Source: Paraspadella gotoi
Taxonomy: Eukaryota > Animalia > Chaetognatha
Reading direction: 5' to 3'
Length of the DNA stretch: 64,000 nt
Assembly (NCBI GenBank): GCA_051294375.1
Contig: CM119263.1
Span: 28,681,280 to 28,745,279, forward strand
The notes under the pieces are model-generated. The model saw only the letters and a list, made by a program, of their open reading frames with translations. It ran no database searches and had not been told where the DNA came from. Position 1 is the first letter of the stretch. Each line of letters begins with the position of its first letter. The translations under genes were made by a program, and so were the position numbers. Positions 25,728-38,841 of this stretch are shown here, piece by piece.

Positions 25728-28700
25728 GGTGAGTCTCGAATCCCCAATCCCTCACTAAGGCGAAGTTGTTGCTTGCGATGAATTTTGGACGCCGGCGGGC
25801 CGAACCGACAGGCCGATAACCCGGCAAGCGAAGCGGCCGGCGAGACCGGCCGGCGCTATGAAGGCTCAAGGAAGTTGCGGCCCAACGACGCCGAGCGTTG
25901 GCTGCGGGCGGTCGGGGGATGTTCCCAGCGTGGAGCGGCGTCCTTTTTGAAGAAGGGTTAAGTTGGAGTGCAGGCGTTTTGGTTTAGTTGGAGAAGCTTC
26001 GTTATAATGAGAGTGTAAGTTTTTGTTTCTAGTTTTGACGAATAAAAGTTTGTTTTTATGGTTGGTATGATGTTCTGTTTTTACAGAAGCTGTTTCTTTG
26101 TTTTCCAAAATTACTAATCCAGTACGAATTCAATGATTCAGGGACTCAGAGCAAAGGACAAAAAATACAAACAACAACAACTACTGACCCCCGGTCGCCG
26201 GCGTTCTATTTCCTCCTCTTCCTCCCTTCGGGTCGGATTCTCCCTTGGCTGCAATTCTCGAGCTTCTACGTCGTAGTCCGGGCGCAAATCGAAGAGTTAT
26301 CTCAAAGACTTGTGGTCGGAATTGCTCTGCTAGGATAAAAATAAATTTGCAAGTTATTATTTTGTGTCCAGTGTTCTCGAATTGCTCTAGTAGGTTAAAA
26401 AAGGATCATCAAGTTATCTCAAAGGCACTTGCTGGTCGAAATTGCCTCTTCTAGGCAAATAAATCAAGTAAGGCATAAATCAAGGTGATTATCTCAATGA
26501 CTTGTGCTTGAAATTGCTCTAGTAGGCAGAAAAAGAAATCAAGCTTATTATCTCTTGTTTTGTGTTGAATTGCCTTGTAGGATAAAAAGAAAATCAAGTA
26601 TTATCCACTTGGACTGGGCTGGTGAATTGCTCTGTGAGGATAAAGAAGAAATCAAGTCTGATCTGCAAAGACTTGTGTCGAATTGCTCGCTAGGATAAAA
26701 AGAAATCAAGTGTTATTCTCATGACTTGTGTCGAATTGCTCGGGTAGGATAAAAAAGAAATGAGGCTGTTTTCCCAAAGCTTTGCTAATCGAAATCATGC
26801 TCTGTAGTAGAATATGTTTTAATTGGCCAGAAATGCTTTGTTTGTTATTGATTTTTTTTCAATCTACATTTTAAAATCAACTAAATCAAAACTGTTATGC
26901 CAAATATTGTATTTAGCAGAAATATACAAAGATTTTCTCAAAACTTGTATTTAATGTCGAATTTCATTTTTTTTTAGACATGTAAAAGGTTTGATCACAT
27001 TGTTAAAATTCTTCATACCTGCCAAGTCCGGAACAGTTCCAAAGTCTCGAAGCACATCCTCCCGAGTGATCTTGTGGAAGGTCACAATAAGTTAAGGCAC
27101 GGACATTGCAGCTCTTGACTTGCACCTGGTATGAAAAGCATTTTATGGACAAATACATAATGGTTGAAATCTTTTTAAAACAATTTTAAAAATAAAAAGT
27201 TAAGAGAATTTAACCTCGCTCACCATACTAACTTTGTGTTGTGCCATGCGAATGTTCCCCAAAAACATTCGGCTTTTCCTAGAATAGCCATAAACCAATG
27301 TGCGAATCCTGCGCGTCGTGAAATGAAAAATATATTTTACCAAAAAAATTGTGAAAAACGGAATTGCAACCAAAAATATAACAAAGTCACCAACCTGGGT
27401 ATTTCGATGGAACCTCTGGAAATAAAGCAATAAGGCTTTTTGAGGACGTTCGCCGGCGCATGTATGACGCGTATCTTCCGGGCGGCGCATGCGTAGGTTT
27501 GAATTTCATTGCTTAGTGCTCGAGAGCACCCGCACTAGGCTCCTGGAAAGGGCGAAAAGAGTGAAAGGCATTTGTGATTCGAGAAAACCATGAGTCGTTT
27601 AAAGGCGGGAATGAAGAAGAAAAGTCGGGCAAATCAATTATTGCCTTCAGATACTTAATTATAGTTTTAGTTCTGTCGGAAATTTTAAGCGGAACTCTTC
27701 CACAACTCGTTATTGAAAATAAAAATTAAGGGTTTTTTTTTTTTTCTCTTAAATTTTGTGTCGGTAGCAAGTCGATCTAAGAGTAAGCAGAATTTCTTAA
27801 AAAATTATAAACATTAAACAATATTTAGAACAGTACCGTTTTTTAACTTTTCTCACGAACCGGAGTAATTTCTTAAACTTGACCCTCACGTTTTACCCTT
27901 CTCGCTTACCTTTAAAAGCGTGAAGCAGAATTACGGAAGATTCGGTTGAGGGGTGGAGACAATATCTGCTGTAAACAGTTCGGGGAAGCCTTGAGAACCC
28001 ATGTTCATGTCCAATACCTGAAAAGGAGAAGATGGGTTTGAAGAAAATTATGGTATATGGGTTGAAAAAAGAAAACAGAATTAAAAATATTAAGATGTAT
28101 GGACGCAACTTAATTATAATTACCATTAGTGTATAGGACCAACGCATGCTGGAAGCTATTCTTTCTAATCTTTGTCGAAGCGGATTTGGAAATTTTGGTG
28201 GAATTGATAAATTTCTCGCACCGCGAAGCATTTGGATTGGTGGAGATAGGATAGAGATAGGATAGCGTTAGGATTAAAGATAGGATACAAGGAGTGTCTT
28301 AAAAGTGTCCAATGATATACATTATGGAAGACAACTCTGCTATATTCGTTTCTCAGGTTATATATTGCTGTCATGAACTATTCCTTTCTCTCTCTCGTTT
28401 TTCTCCCTATCGCACTCTCTCACTTACAACCTTCTTTCACTCCCTCTCACTTTCTTCACACTCTCGCTCGTTCCAATCTCTCTGCTCTATCTCTTTCTTC
28501 TGCCCAAAACACAATATTCTCTCTCTTCGTTCAGACCCCGAGGCCAAATATTCGTGGATATCGTAATTACTCTTAAAACAAGCCTAATTATTCGCCTTTT
28601 TGCCTCTTGTTTTATTGCCTTTTTAGGAATAAACAATATCCGTCTCTTCATTGAATGACTGTTTATCATCATGATGGCGTTAATGGATGATAGAACTAAA

Positions 28701-29782
28701 ATGTGAAACTGTCCACAAAGTGCGACCGGAAGTGAGTCGAACCGTTTAATGTCTTCCGGTGACGAGATGAGAGGAAATGAGTGACGTCACCAGGACGGAT
28801 GAGATCTCATTGAGGACGCATAAAATTATTAGAGAGAGAGAGGAGAGAGAGAGGGAGAGAGAGACGAGATCAGAGAGAGGGAGAGAGATGAGAGAGAGGA
28901 GAAAGAGAGAGAGAGAGAGGAGAAGAGACTCACTTGAGTGTGCGTATCGGGCTCTGGCCCGAATAAAACGTTGGATTGATGGCCGGAAACGTTCCCAAAA
29001 GATGCTAGCATTACATCCAAGCTGAGAGATGAGAAAAAAGAGAAGGAAGAAAGAATATTTTAAAAAATTGAAGTCCATACTTAAATATTACTGACAATCA
29101 ATATTAGAGGCAAAATATGGTGTTTGTTCGTTCACATGAAAGATTGTTTAACGAAAATCTGAAGAGCTTTAAATCTAAGACTCTCTAACAGTTTATGAAA
29201 GTACCCGATTCCTCAGCTTCCTTAGCTGGTTATTATTCATGTGATAGATGAGATAGGCCTTTAACCTACTTTAGCCTGGCTCCATTGGACAGGTGTCCAT
29301 GTCAGCAGGCAGAGAGCTTACTTATCGGATAGATGATTTTAAAAGCAGTTTTCAGATCGTATTTCGATTAATTTCAAAAAGTTGAGCAAAAGAACATTGC
29401 TAGTAAATTCGAATAATAATATTACAGAATAGTATTAGTAAAACTGATATTTTTTCTAAAAATTTTTGATGAATATATAAAAATATATTTTTAGAGAGAA
29501 CGTATTTTCAATCATAGTGCAGTCATAATTGGCACATATACCAATTTTTGTATACAATATTCATACCATATATGTGATTATTAACTCACATCCCAATAAG
29601 CATGACACAGATGGAGAAGATTTTCAGAGTTTGTATGGGAGAGACATTTCCGAAAACCGACGGCAAGTGAGAGCTTGAGAATTGTGAAGTATAATGCGGT
29701 GATATACTTTTGGACTGTTGATGGAAGGGACCGCTTGGAGAATCGGGGAGGATAGGGGTCAATTGTTTCACTGTTCAGGCAA

Positions 29783-29819
<37 letters not shown>

Positions 29820-32690
29820 TCTCTTCTCTCTCTATCTCCTCTCTTACCTGCGCTGTATCATTTGGAAAATAACGGTTGGATGAGTCTTGCGTTGCGAGCT
29901 GGTCCAACCCAGCCAATCTTAGCGATCTGCGAGATAGAGTCAGAGAGAGAGCAGAGATGAGAGAGAGAGAGAAGAGATGAGAGAGATGAGAGGAGAGGAG
30001 AGAGAAGAAAAGGCATTCCCCTCAATCACAGAGTGAATTTTGCTAATTTAGAAAAAAGATCAATTATAATTTTTTTTAAAAATTAATAAGGATTCATAAA
30101 CAAAATTGTTTTGTCTATATGTATACATGTTGCATGCGGAGGGTTAACAGGGTGCGATATAAATAAATCGGGCAAGAGAGAGGCGACTAAAAAAAAGGAC
30201 CAAGTGATGAGACTGCAATGACTTGAGGGACATTGGGCGGGACATTGTCGATGACATTGTCCAGGATGCACGACATTGTCAGCGACTCGATGGGTGCGTT
30301 AGGAGTGCATGGAACAATTATTTTCTTTTTGAATCTGACTTCAGATCAAAAAACTCGTTTTCTTGTTAAAATTCGAGTTATTGTCGTATTTTTTTATTTA
30401 ATTATATTTAGCGTGAAGAGAAAAAAAAATTTAAAAACGAAAAAAGGAATTAACAACCTTTAAAAAAACCGGTTATGTTTAAATTTGAATATGTCTTCCA
30501 CGATTCGGGTGAGATATGACCGAGTGCACTACTTGCTAAACTACCTTGATGAGACAGCTTGTCCAAAGAAGAATTTAATTCGCACTGATCTAGCGGATGT
30601 GATTTTTATTTAACCGCTCAGTTCGTTTTTAGAAGAAAAGCTGCGGTGGTTGTGAAATAAGAGAGTCGTGTGGAACGGTATGATTGTGTTTCTGAAGTCC
30701 TTCGCTATCAGAGCAATTGATATAACGTGTTTAATAATAAAAAAAAATTTGATATTTCTCACAGCGATGGGATGATGTTTGATGTAATGTCAAAAAAGCG
30801 TAACAGTCGGGCCGGACGGTTTTCCCGTTTGTTTAGTGCTGTCAGCGAAGTTTAAGTACCGAAAAATAGTAGAAGATTTAAAAACAACATGATGAATTTG
30901 TGCTGCTAGAAGTAAGAGAGAAAGAGAGAGAAGAGAGGGAAGAAGAGAAGAAGAGGAGAGAGAGAGAGAGAGGAGAAGAGATAGAATATTTTACCGAGAT
31001 GAAGGCCTTTCCACTTTGGCAATCGGCGTACGGCAGAATAGCCACGCTAACCAGATGAGCTATTGCAAACAAAGAAGCCTGCCATGAGGCAGGAGCAATA
31101 CTGCGCAGCGCCGTACTCTGAATAGCGGTCGAGGTGGTTACGGCGGCTACTGCTGACCAGGCCGGAGAAGGCGGGGCCGGTTTTAGAAGCCCGTATAAGG
31201 TGGTGGTTGTCTTGAGATGGGGGCGAGTAGCGCTGGCCGCAGGACCGAGGCTTGGCGGTAAAGGAATGGCGGTAGTAGGGTGGGAAGCAAGAGTGGTCGG
31301 TTGTGGATGCGGTTGGGTAGAGAGAAAAAAAAAAACTTTCTGAGCTGACGCGCAAAAAAATAAGATTTTTATTATTATTTTTATTTTAAAACAATCTTGA
31401 AATGTTCATCGTTAATAAAAATTTAACTGCATATATTTACTTTTTTTTATTTCGCTAAAAAACTGGAATAACAAATCCGATCCCAACTTGTGTTAGACTG
31501 CATGTGTTTATATAACTAACAGACATGCTTTTAAACCAAATCAAGTAAAACATTACTTGATCTGGAAGCCTTTGGCGGACTCAAAAACGGTTTTATTACA
31601 GTGCTCGGCGGTTTAAATCCCTTCGGTTGTTTACATTGCGGTACGCAGGAGGAAAGAGAAACGGATATTGGTTTTCTCTATATTTTATATTATCTCTCTG
31701 TAGGTCCACAAAAAATTAAAAGGATCCTTTCTCACATAAAACATATTTTTGGTTTTGTTTTATTGATATTTTTTTACAGGGTTACATGCCGTTGAAGGTT
31801 GTGTTTTTTAATTCTTTCTCGTTAGCACACTGTTGTGTTTCAGATGGTTAGAAAAAAGAGACTAAGTTTGCGATCCACAGACGAGAAGAGAGAGAGAGAG
31901 CAGAGAGAGACACATGCAGGAGGCAAAAGGGAGAGGAGCAAAAACAATATATAATAAATCTGAGGATCGTTTTCACATCAATTTAATGACACAAAAGATT
32001 TCTTCTTCTTTTTTAAAGGAACATTTAAAATGCGCGCGACTTTGGCCAAACATAAACAAAAAAAAACAAAACAAAGCAGGGACGAAAGCGAGGCAAAAAA
32101 AGAAAGGCGGTTTCATATTCAAAGTTACATAAACTCAGAACCAGGAAGCACAGGAGCGGAGCAAGGGAGCGAGCAGCGGGTTCATGTACTGTTGCGCCGC
32201 GTGCGCGGAGATTTCTTGAAAACAGAAGAAAAAAAAATTATATTTTTATGATCTTACCTCATGATAAGGACGCTCGGCCTTCTGCAATAGCGTTACAAAT
32301 ACATGCCAGCCAGATTGCGCTATCAAGGCAAAGAGTGCCAATGAGTTGTAAGAGAGAAGCGGCCAGCCCCGTGATTCGGGTCAAACGGATTAGCGATCTA
32401 GCTTCTCGCTACTCTACTAAGTCGCACAATCTGGCTGTTCAATAAACCCTATCAGCAGTCGTTGTCGTTTGGGGGGGGGACAAAGGGGGGGGGCGTTTGA
32501 AAACCGACGCGGGTAAGTTGGAAAGGGTTGAAAATCTAGACAGGGATACGATTTGAAGAGGCTGAAAATTCGGGCTGACCGTTTTTTTAAATAAATGAAT
32601 TCACTGCCGTTATAAAGAAAGTTAGCTAAACGAGGTGATTAGAATTTTGGTTGAAACTTTGGTAAAATGTGATGTATGTTTGTTTGATCA
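25728..32690 (-). other. Error-rich duplicate of ERG region ~42227-48640
   Basis: All exons and introns recur in the same order with single-base indels, including both S4-S5 exons (~30993-31210 and ~32258-32468). Confidence 0.9.
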
Positions 32691-34056
32691 GAATTCTCTC
32701 TCCTTNNNNNNNNNNNNNNNNNNNNNNNNNTCTCTCTCTCTCTCTCTCTCTCCATTTTTCTCCACTAAAAAAATACAAAAAACTCAAGACCCAGACGAGT
32801 CTTTGTCTTGTTCTCTTTTTATTAAGGCAATTATAAAAGAGAACAAAGCGTTCATTGTTGAGATGCACCTCGCACAGCGCATCGACTATTAACACTATTA
32901 GCATTATTTATATTAGCACTGCGCCTGCATTGCAGCAAATATGCAAATATTTTACCGACTTAATTTTTAATGTCCTTATTTTTAAAATGTTAACAGCAGA
33001 CGTCTCCGAGAATGTTTGTTTACACAAGTAGTATACGCTATTCTGAATTAAACCTCAAACACCAGGCCATGCGAGTAGCCAGGCATCCCGGCACCCTACC
33101 TTGAACAGCAGGCCGTGCGGGCATCTCTGAGTCGATGCCAGCTGGCCCGCCTGATTCCTTAGCGGCGGTGGCGGAACTGGCGGAGGCGATTCTTCGACGG
33201 AGCTCTGCCTCTTCAAATCCTGGTCGCGGTGCCGCCGGCCCGGGGCGTCCAGGCCCCCGGCGCCGGCCCCAGCGCCGCGGCGAGGATTGATCAAGGGCGC
33301 GTCGTCATCGTCGTCNNNNNNNNNNNNNNNNNNNNNNNNNTCATCTCTTCTCCCTCTATCTCTCTCATAATTCCATCCCCTTTAAATCCCAGGGGCGGAC
33401 CACAGACGAAGAGGACGAGAGGAGGAGGAAGACGGGCGACGACGGACGACGATGACGACGACGACGATGGACGGACGCGCGCCATTGTATGCAATCCTCG
33501 CCGCGGCGCCCTGGGCCGGCGCCGGGGGCCTGGCGCCCCGGCCGGCGGCACCGCGAACAGGATTTGAAAGAGGCAGAGCTCCGTCGAAGAATCGCCTCCG
33601 CCAACGTTCCGTCCACCGCCGCTAAAGGAATCAGGCGGGCCAGCTGGCATCGACTCAGAGATGCCCGCCGCACGGCGCTGCTGTTCAAAGGTAGGGTGCC
33701 GGGATGCCTGGCTACTCGCAATGGCCTGGTGTTTGAGGTTTCAATTCAAAGAAATAGCGTAATAACTACTTGTGTAAAACAACATTCTCAGACGTCCTGC
33801 TGTAACATTTTAGAAAATAAGGACATTAAAAATTAAGTCGGTAAAATAATTTGCATATTTGCTGCACAATTGCAGGCGCAGTGCTAATATAAAATAATGC
33901 CTAATAGTGTTAATAGTCGATGCGCTGGTGCGAGGTGCAATCTCTAACAATGAACGCTTTGTTCCTCTTTTATGAATTGCCTTACATAAAAGAGAACAAG
34001 ACACAAAGACTCGTCTGGTCTTGAGTTTTTGTATTTTTTAGTGGAGAAAATGGAGA

Positions 34057-34143
<87 letters not shown>

Positions 34144-34558
34144 AGAGTGAGTGCCCAGAAAACGAGGGAATCTCTAAATAAGAAAAAGGCAGAACAAACT
34201 GAGTGAATCCATAAATTTATAATAATAATAATAAATTAATGAAATAAATTTATAATAAGATTATTTCCGACTTTTTAATCCAGATGCGAGACTCAACTTG
34301 TACGGCGGGGCCCCCCCCGCGAAATGTGATCGATCCGAAAAGCAACGCCCGCTCTAGCGTCCTTTAACTGCAAGGATGAGCGTTCAGGGTCAGGGATTGG
34401 ATCAGGATTGATCTTTGAAAATATTTTGCAAAAGATTTTGGCGATATTAATTTTGCATTTGGGCGCGGAGAAAGTCACTCTCTCAGCGGCCACGAGGGAA
34501 GAATGCTTCTGATATCTCTCTCTTCTCTCTCTCTCTCTCTGCTCTCTCCTCTCTTTCG

Positions 34559-34591
<33 letters not shown>

Positions 34592-36220
34592 TCCCTCTCT
34601 CATTTCTCTCTCTCACTTCTCTCTCTCTCTCACTTTCTTCTAGCTTCCTCACCCTTTCTTCAAATCTCTTTACCGATTGTTCTGTTTTCTTAATCCTCTT
34701 GTCGCCACTTAACCTCAACTTACCTTTCAACGCCCTTCATATCCCTTTTACTTTTATTCTGCTCATCCCCTGAACCCTTTCCCTAAGACTGTCCCCCTGC
34801 CCCACCGAGGCGCAAACGCTTGGGGGCGTGACCCGTCGCGACCCGGGTTGACGGACCCCGACACCAGAGGCGCAGAGCCTGACCGTCCCTGGGAATCCTC
34901 ACCGGAGGAGACCCCGGAGAGGTAAATGGAGCGAAGTGGGAGGAAAAGGAGGAAAGGAAAGATAAAGAGATAAAGGAGGAAAGGAGTCAGAAAGGAAAGG
35001 AAAGGAAAAGAAAGATACAGTAGAGAAAAGAGCAATGTGAGAAAAAAAAGGACAAAAGGAGAGAAAGTAAAAAAAAATTAAAAGGCAAAAAAAAGTAGAT
35101 TTAAAACTTGAGATGGAAATGAGTAAAGAAAACTTGGGGGTGGAAAAAAACCGATGAGAAAAAATTAATGAAAGTTTGTTTTAAATAAACATTTAAAAAA
35201 AAAGCTGCACACCCCTCTCACCAAACCTCACCATCACAAACCCGTGCACCGCCTACTATTCCTATCTACCCCCTATCTGACTTTTCTCCCTCTCTGCTCA
35301 GCTTCGACTCCTGCCAACACCCATATCTCGCATCATATTGCTGAGTTTCCTTCTCGACGCGCCATTTCACCGGAATCGTCGCCATCGACGCCGGCTTACC
35401 GGCGCCGGCGCTCCGCACTGGCCTGGCAACCCCGGCTTGGCGCCCTGGCCTGGCGTCCGTCGGCGCCCCGGTCTGGCACTCGGACGCCGCCACGGGGCCG
35501 GCCGGCGCCGACAATCGCGCCGAGTGCAAGAGGGGCACTCTTCAGGTCGGCGCCGCCGTGTTATTGCCGAAGTGAGGAGCCTGACGCTGTTCACAAAGCA
35601 AGTCGTCTTCCCCATTCCAAAGCCGGTGGTGAGTTTCCATTTTCTTTTTATTCTTATTGTTCAGTTTAGTTTTATTCCGCGTGAACTAAACATCTTTATC
35701 TTTTTTCCTCTTACCTCCTTTCTTTCCGCACCCAACTCTTTTCTTTCCTCCTTTCTTTCTTTTCTCCTTCCTCTCCTCTTTCTTCCTTTCCTTTCCTGTT
35801 CCTTTCCTTTCTTTCCTTTCCTTTCCTTTCTTCCTTTCCTTTCCTTTCCTTCCCTTCTTTCCTTTCTTTTTTCCCGCTTTCTTTCCTTTCCTTCCTTTCC
35901 TTTCTTTCCTTTCCTTCTTTATCCCGTCCTTTCCTCTCCTTTCCTTTCATCTCCTTCACCATATCCTTCCTTTCCTTTCCCTCCTTTCTCATCCCCCCGT
36001 CCTCTTTTCCTCCCAGCACCGCAACCGGTCCTCGCGCTGCGCTGCGTTCGCCACACGCCGGCGCTCGAAGGCGGCGGGAATCCGCGCCGGATCGGACGCC
36101 GCCTTCCGCCTCGCGAAAATTGGGCAGTGGCGAAGGGCGCCGCAGGCGCTGCTCGAGGCCTAGAACTCGATCTCATGGCGCAAGTGAGTGAAAATTAATC
36201 CCCCCCCATGAGGGGGGAGG

Positions 36221-37040
36221 CACTCATATGGCTTAGTAGGGTGGAATGACGGAAATCATCACAGGGCCTCGCTATCGAGCCAGAACGACTCACTATAATA
36301 GCTTAGTAGGGTGGATGACGGAAATATCACAGGGCCCTCGTATCGAGCCAGAACGACTACACTATATGAGCTTAGTAGGTGATGACCGGAAAATATCACG
36401 GGCTCGCTATCGAGCCAGAACGACTACTATATGAGCTTAGAGGGTGGATGACGGAAAATATCACAGGGCCTTGCTACTCGAGCCAGACACTACACTAATG
36501 AGCTTAAGTAGGGTGGATGATGGAAAATATCACAGGGCCTCGTATCGAGCCAGAACGACTACACTATATGAGCTTAGTAGGGGTGGATGACGGAATATCA
36601 CAGCGGCCTCGGGCTACGAGCGCAAACGACTACACTTATATAGCTTAGTAGGGTGGATGACGGAAATACACAGGGCCTCGTATCGAGCCAGAACGACTAC
36701 ACTAAATGAGCTTAGTAGGTGGATGACGGAAAATATCACAGGGCCTCCGCTATCGAGCCAGAACGACTACACTATATGAGCTTAGTAGGGTGGATGACGG
36801 AAAATATCACAGGGCCTCGCTATCGAGCCGAACGACTACACTATATGAGCTTAGTAGGGTGATGACGGAAAATATCCAGGGCCTCGCTATCGAGCAGAAC
36901 GACTACACTATATGAGCTTAGATAGGGTGGATGACCGGAAAATATCACAGGCCTCGCTATCGAGCCGAACACTACACTATATGAGCTTAGTAGGGTGGAT
37001 GACGGAAATATTCACAGGGGCTCGCTTATCGAGCCAGAAC
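36221..37040. repeat. Tandem array of 12 x 70-bp period (65-bp core + GACTA spacer), flanked by a GGAGG direct repeat
   Basis: Consensus cactatatgagcttagtagggtggatgacggaaaatatcacagggcctcgctatcgagccagaac(gacta). Differences between copies are indel-type, as expected from read noise. Confidence 0.92.
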
Positions 37041-37456
37041 GGAGGATAGGGGTCTATGCGTGGGGAACAGGCACTTGCTAAAATGATGCGTGATTTAAAT
37101 TGGACAGGTTTGTGAATATATTAGTTAGTATTATCGAATCACGCGTATATTGATCGCTATTGTTTAAATTTCGATTTTATTCGGCATTATTGTCGACGAT
37201 AGCGCATGAAACTGTTTTCTCAATTTTGGCCTCATGCGTTGGCCATAAAGGTTGGCCTCAGCGTTGTATAAACGTTTGGCCATAAGCGTTGGCCTCAAGC
37301 GTTGGCCACCTTCGCTTTCCTTTTCCTCGTTTCGCGTCTTTTTTTCATCCATCGTGCTGGAGAACAACATCAACTTATCATCAGAACATCATCATCAGTT
37401 ATCATCAGTCAAACATCGGAACCTGACCTTGGTCAATGTCAGTTTCCTTGTCCGCG

Positions 37457-37496
<40 letters not shown>

Positions 37497-38794
37497 CCTG
37501 AATTGAGACTTGGCCGTTCCGTCACTGACATCGTGGACTTTCCAATCTGATCCTCATCTTCGTCACCTTGACCTGAAATTGATTGATTGGTTGTTTGTTT
37601 GATTGATTGTTTGGTTGTTTAATCGNNNNNNNNNNNNNNNNNNNNNNNNNCCACTTAACCTTCTAGCGTCTCCACCCTCACCTCGTTTCTCTTGTCTCAG
37701 AGAGTTTATCTCTTTCTCTCTCTTAACGCTTATGTAAAGCGTCATGTTTTTATGCATTTAGTTTTCAGTTAACGGTATTTCGATCTGGATATTTAAATAT
37801 GCAAATGACTAACGTTTGAGTTGTGTAAAACTTAAAATGCAGACGATGTTGACAAGGAAAAATTTATTTTTAGCTTAGAATATTAAAGAAATCTAGAAAT
37901 CTAAATTCCTGGATTAATAACTCGATTAAAACAACCAAAACAATCAATCAAACAAACAACCAATCAATCGATTTCAGGTCAAGGTGCGAAGATGAGGATC
38001 AGATTGGAAAGTCAACGATGTCAGTGACGGAACGGCCAAGTCTCAATTCAGGTGAACAACTCTCTCTTTCTCTTCTCTCTCTCTCTCTCTCTGCCTCTCT
38101 CCTCTCTCTCTCTCTCTCTCTCTTCTCATCTCTTCTCCTCTCTTCTCCTCTCTATAATTCCATCCCCTTTAAATTCCAGGGGCGGACACAGACGAAGAGG
38201 ACGAGGAGGAGGAGGAAGAGGGCGACGACGGACGACGATGACGACGACGACGATGACGGACGCGCCCTTGATCAATCCTCGCCGCGGCGCTGGGCCGGCG
38301 CCGGGGCCTGGACGCCCCGGCCGGCGGCACCGCGAACCAGGATTTGAAAGAGGCAGAGCTCCGTCGAAGAATCGCCTCCGCCCTGTTCCGCCAACCGCCG
38401 CTAAAGGAATCAGGCGGGCCAGCTGGCATCGACTCAGAGATGCCCGCACGGCCTGTGTTCAAAGGTAGGGTGCCGGGATGCCTGGCTACTCGCATGGCCT
38501 GGTGTTTGAGGTTTAATTAAGAAATAGCGTAATACTACTTGTGTAAAACAACATTCTCGGAGACGTCCTGCTGTTAACATTTTAAAAATAAGGACATTAA
38601 AAATTAAGTCGGTAAAATATTTGCATATTTGCTGCAAATGCAGGCCAGTGCTAATATAAAATAATGCCTAATAGTGTTAATAGTCGATGCGCTGGTGCGA
38701 GGTGCAATCTCAACAATGAACGCTTTGTTCCTCTTTTATAATTGCCTTAATAAAAGAGAACAAGACAAAAGACTCGTCGTCTTGGATTGAGAAG

Positions 38795-38841
<47 letters not shown>

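Noticed and set aside
25728-32690. Second ERG paralogue or pseudogene
   Set aside because: Introns are as similar as exons and the differences are indel noise, which indicates a redundant read.
36221-37040. CRISPR array, CACTA transposon, tRNA array or T7 promoter concatemer
   Set aside because: There are no unique spacers and the context is eukaryotic. The CACTA start has no matching TAGTG end. No cloverleaf forms. The T7-like acgactcactata occurs in only one unit, through a deletion from the consensus acgactacactata.
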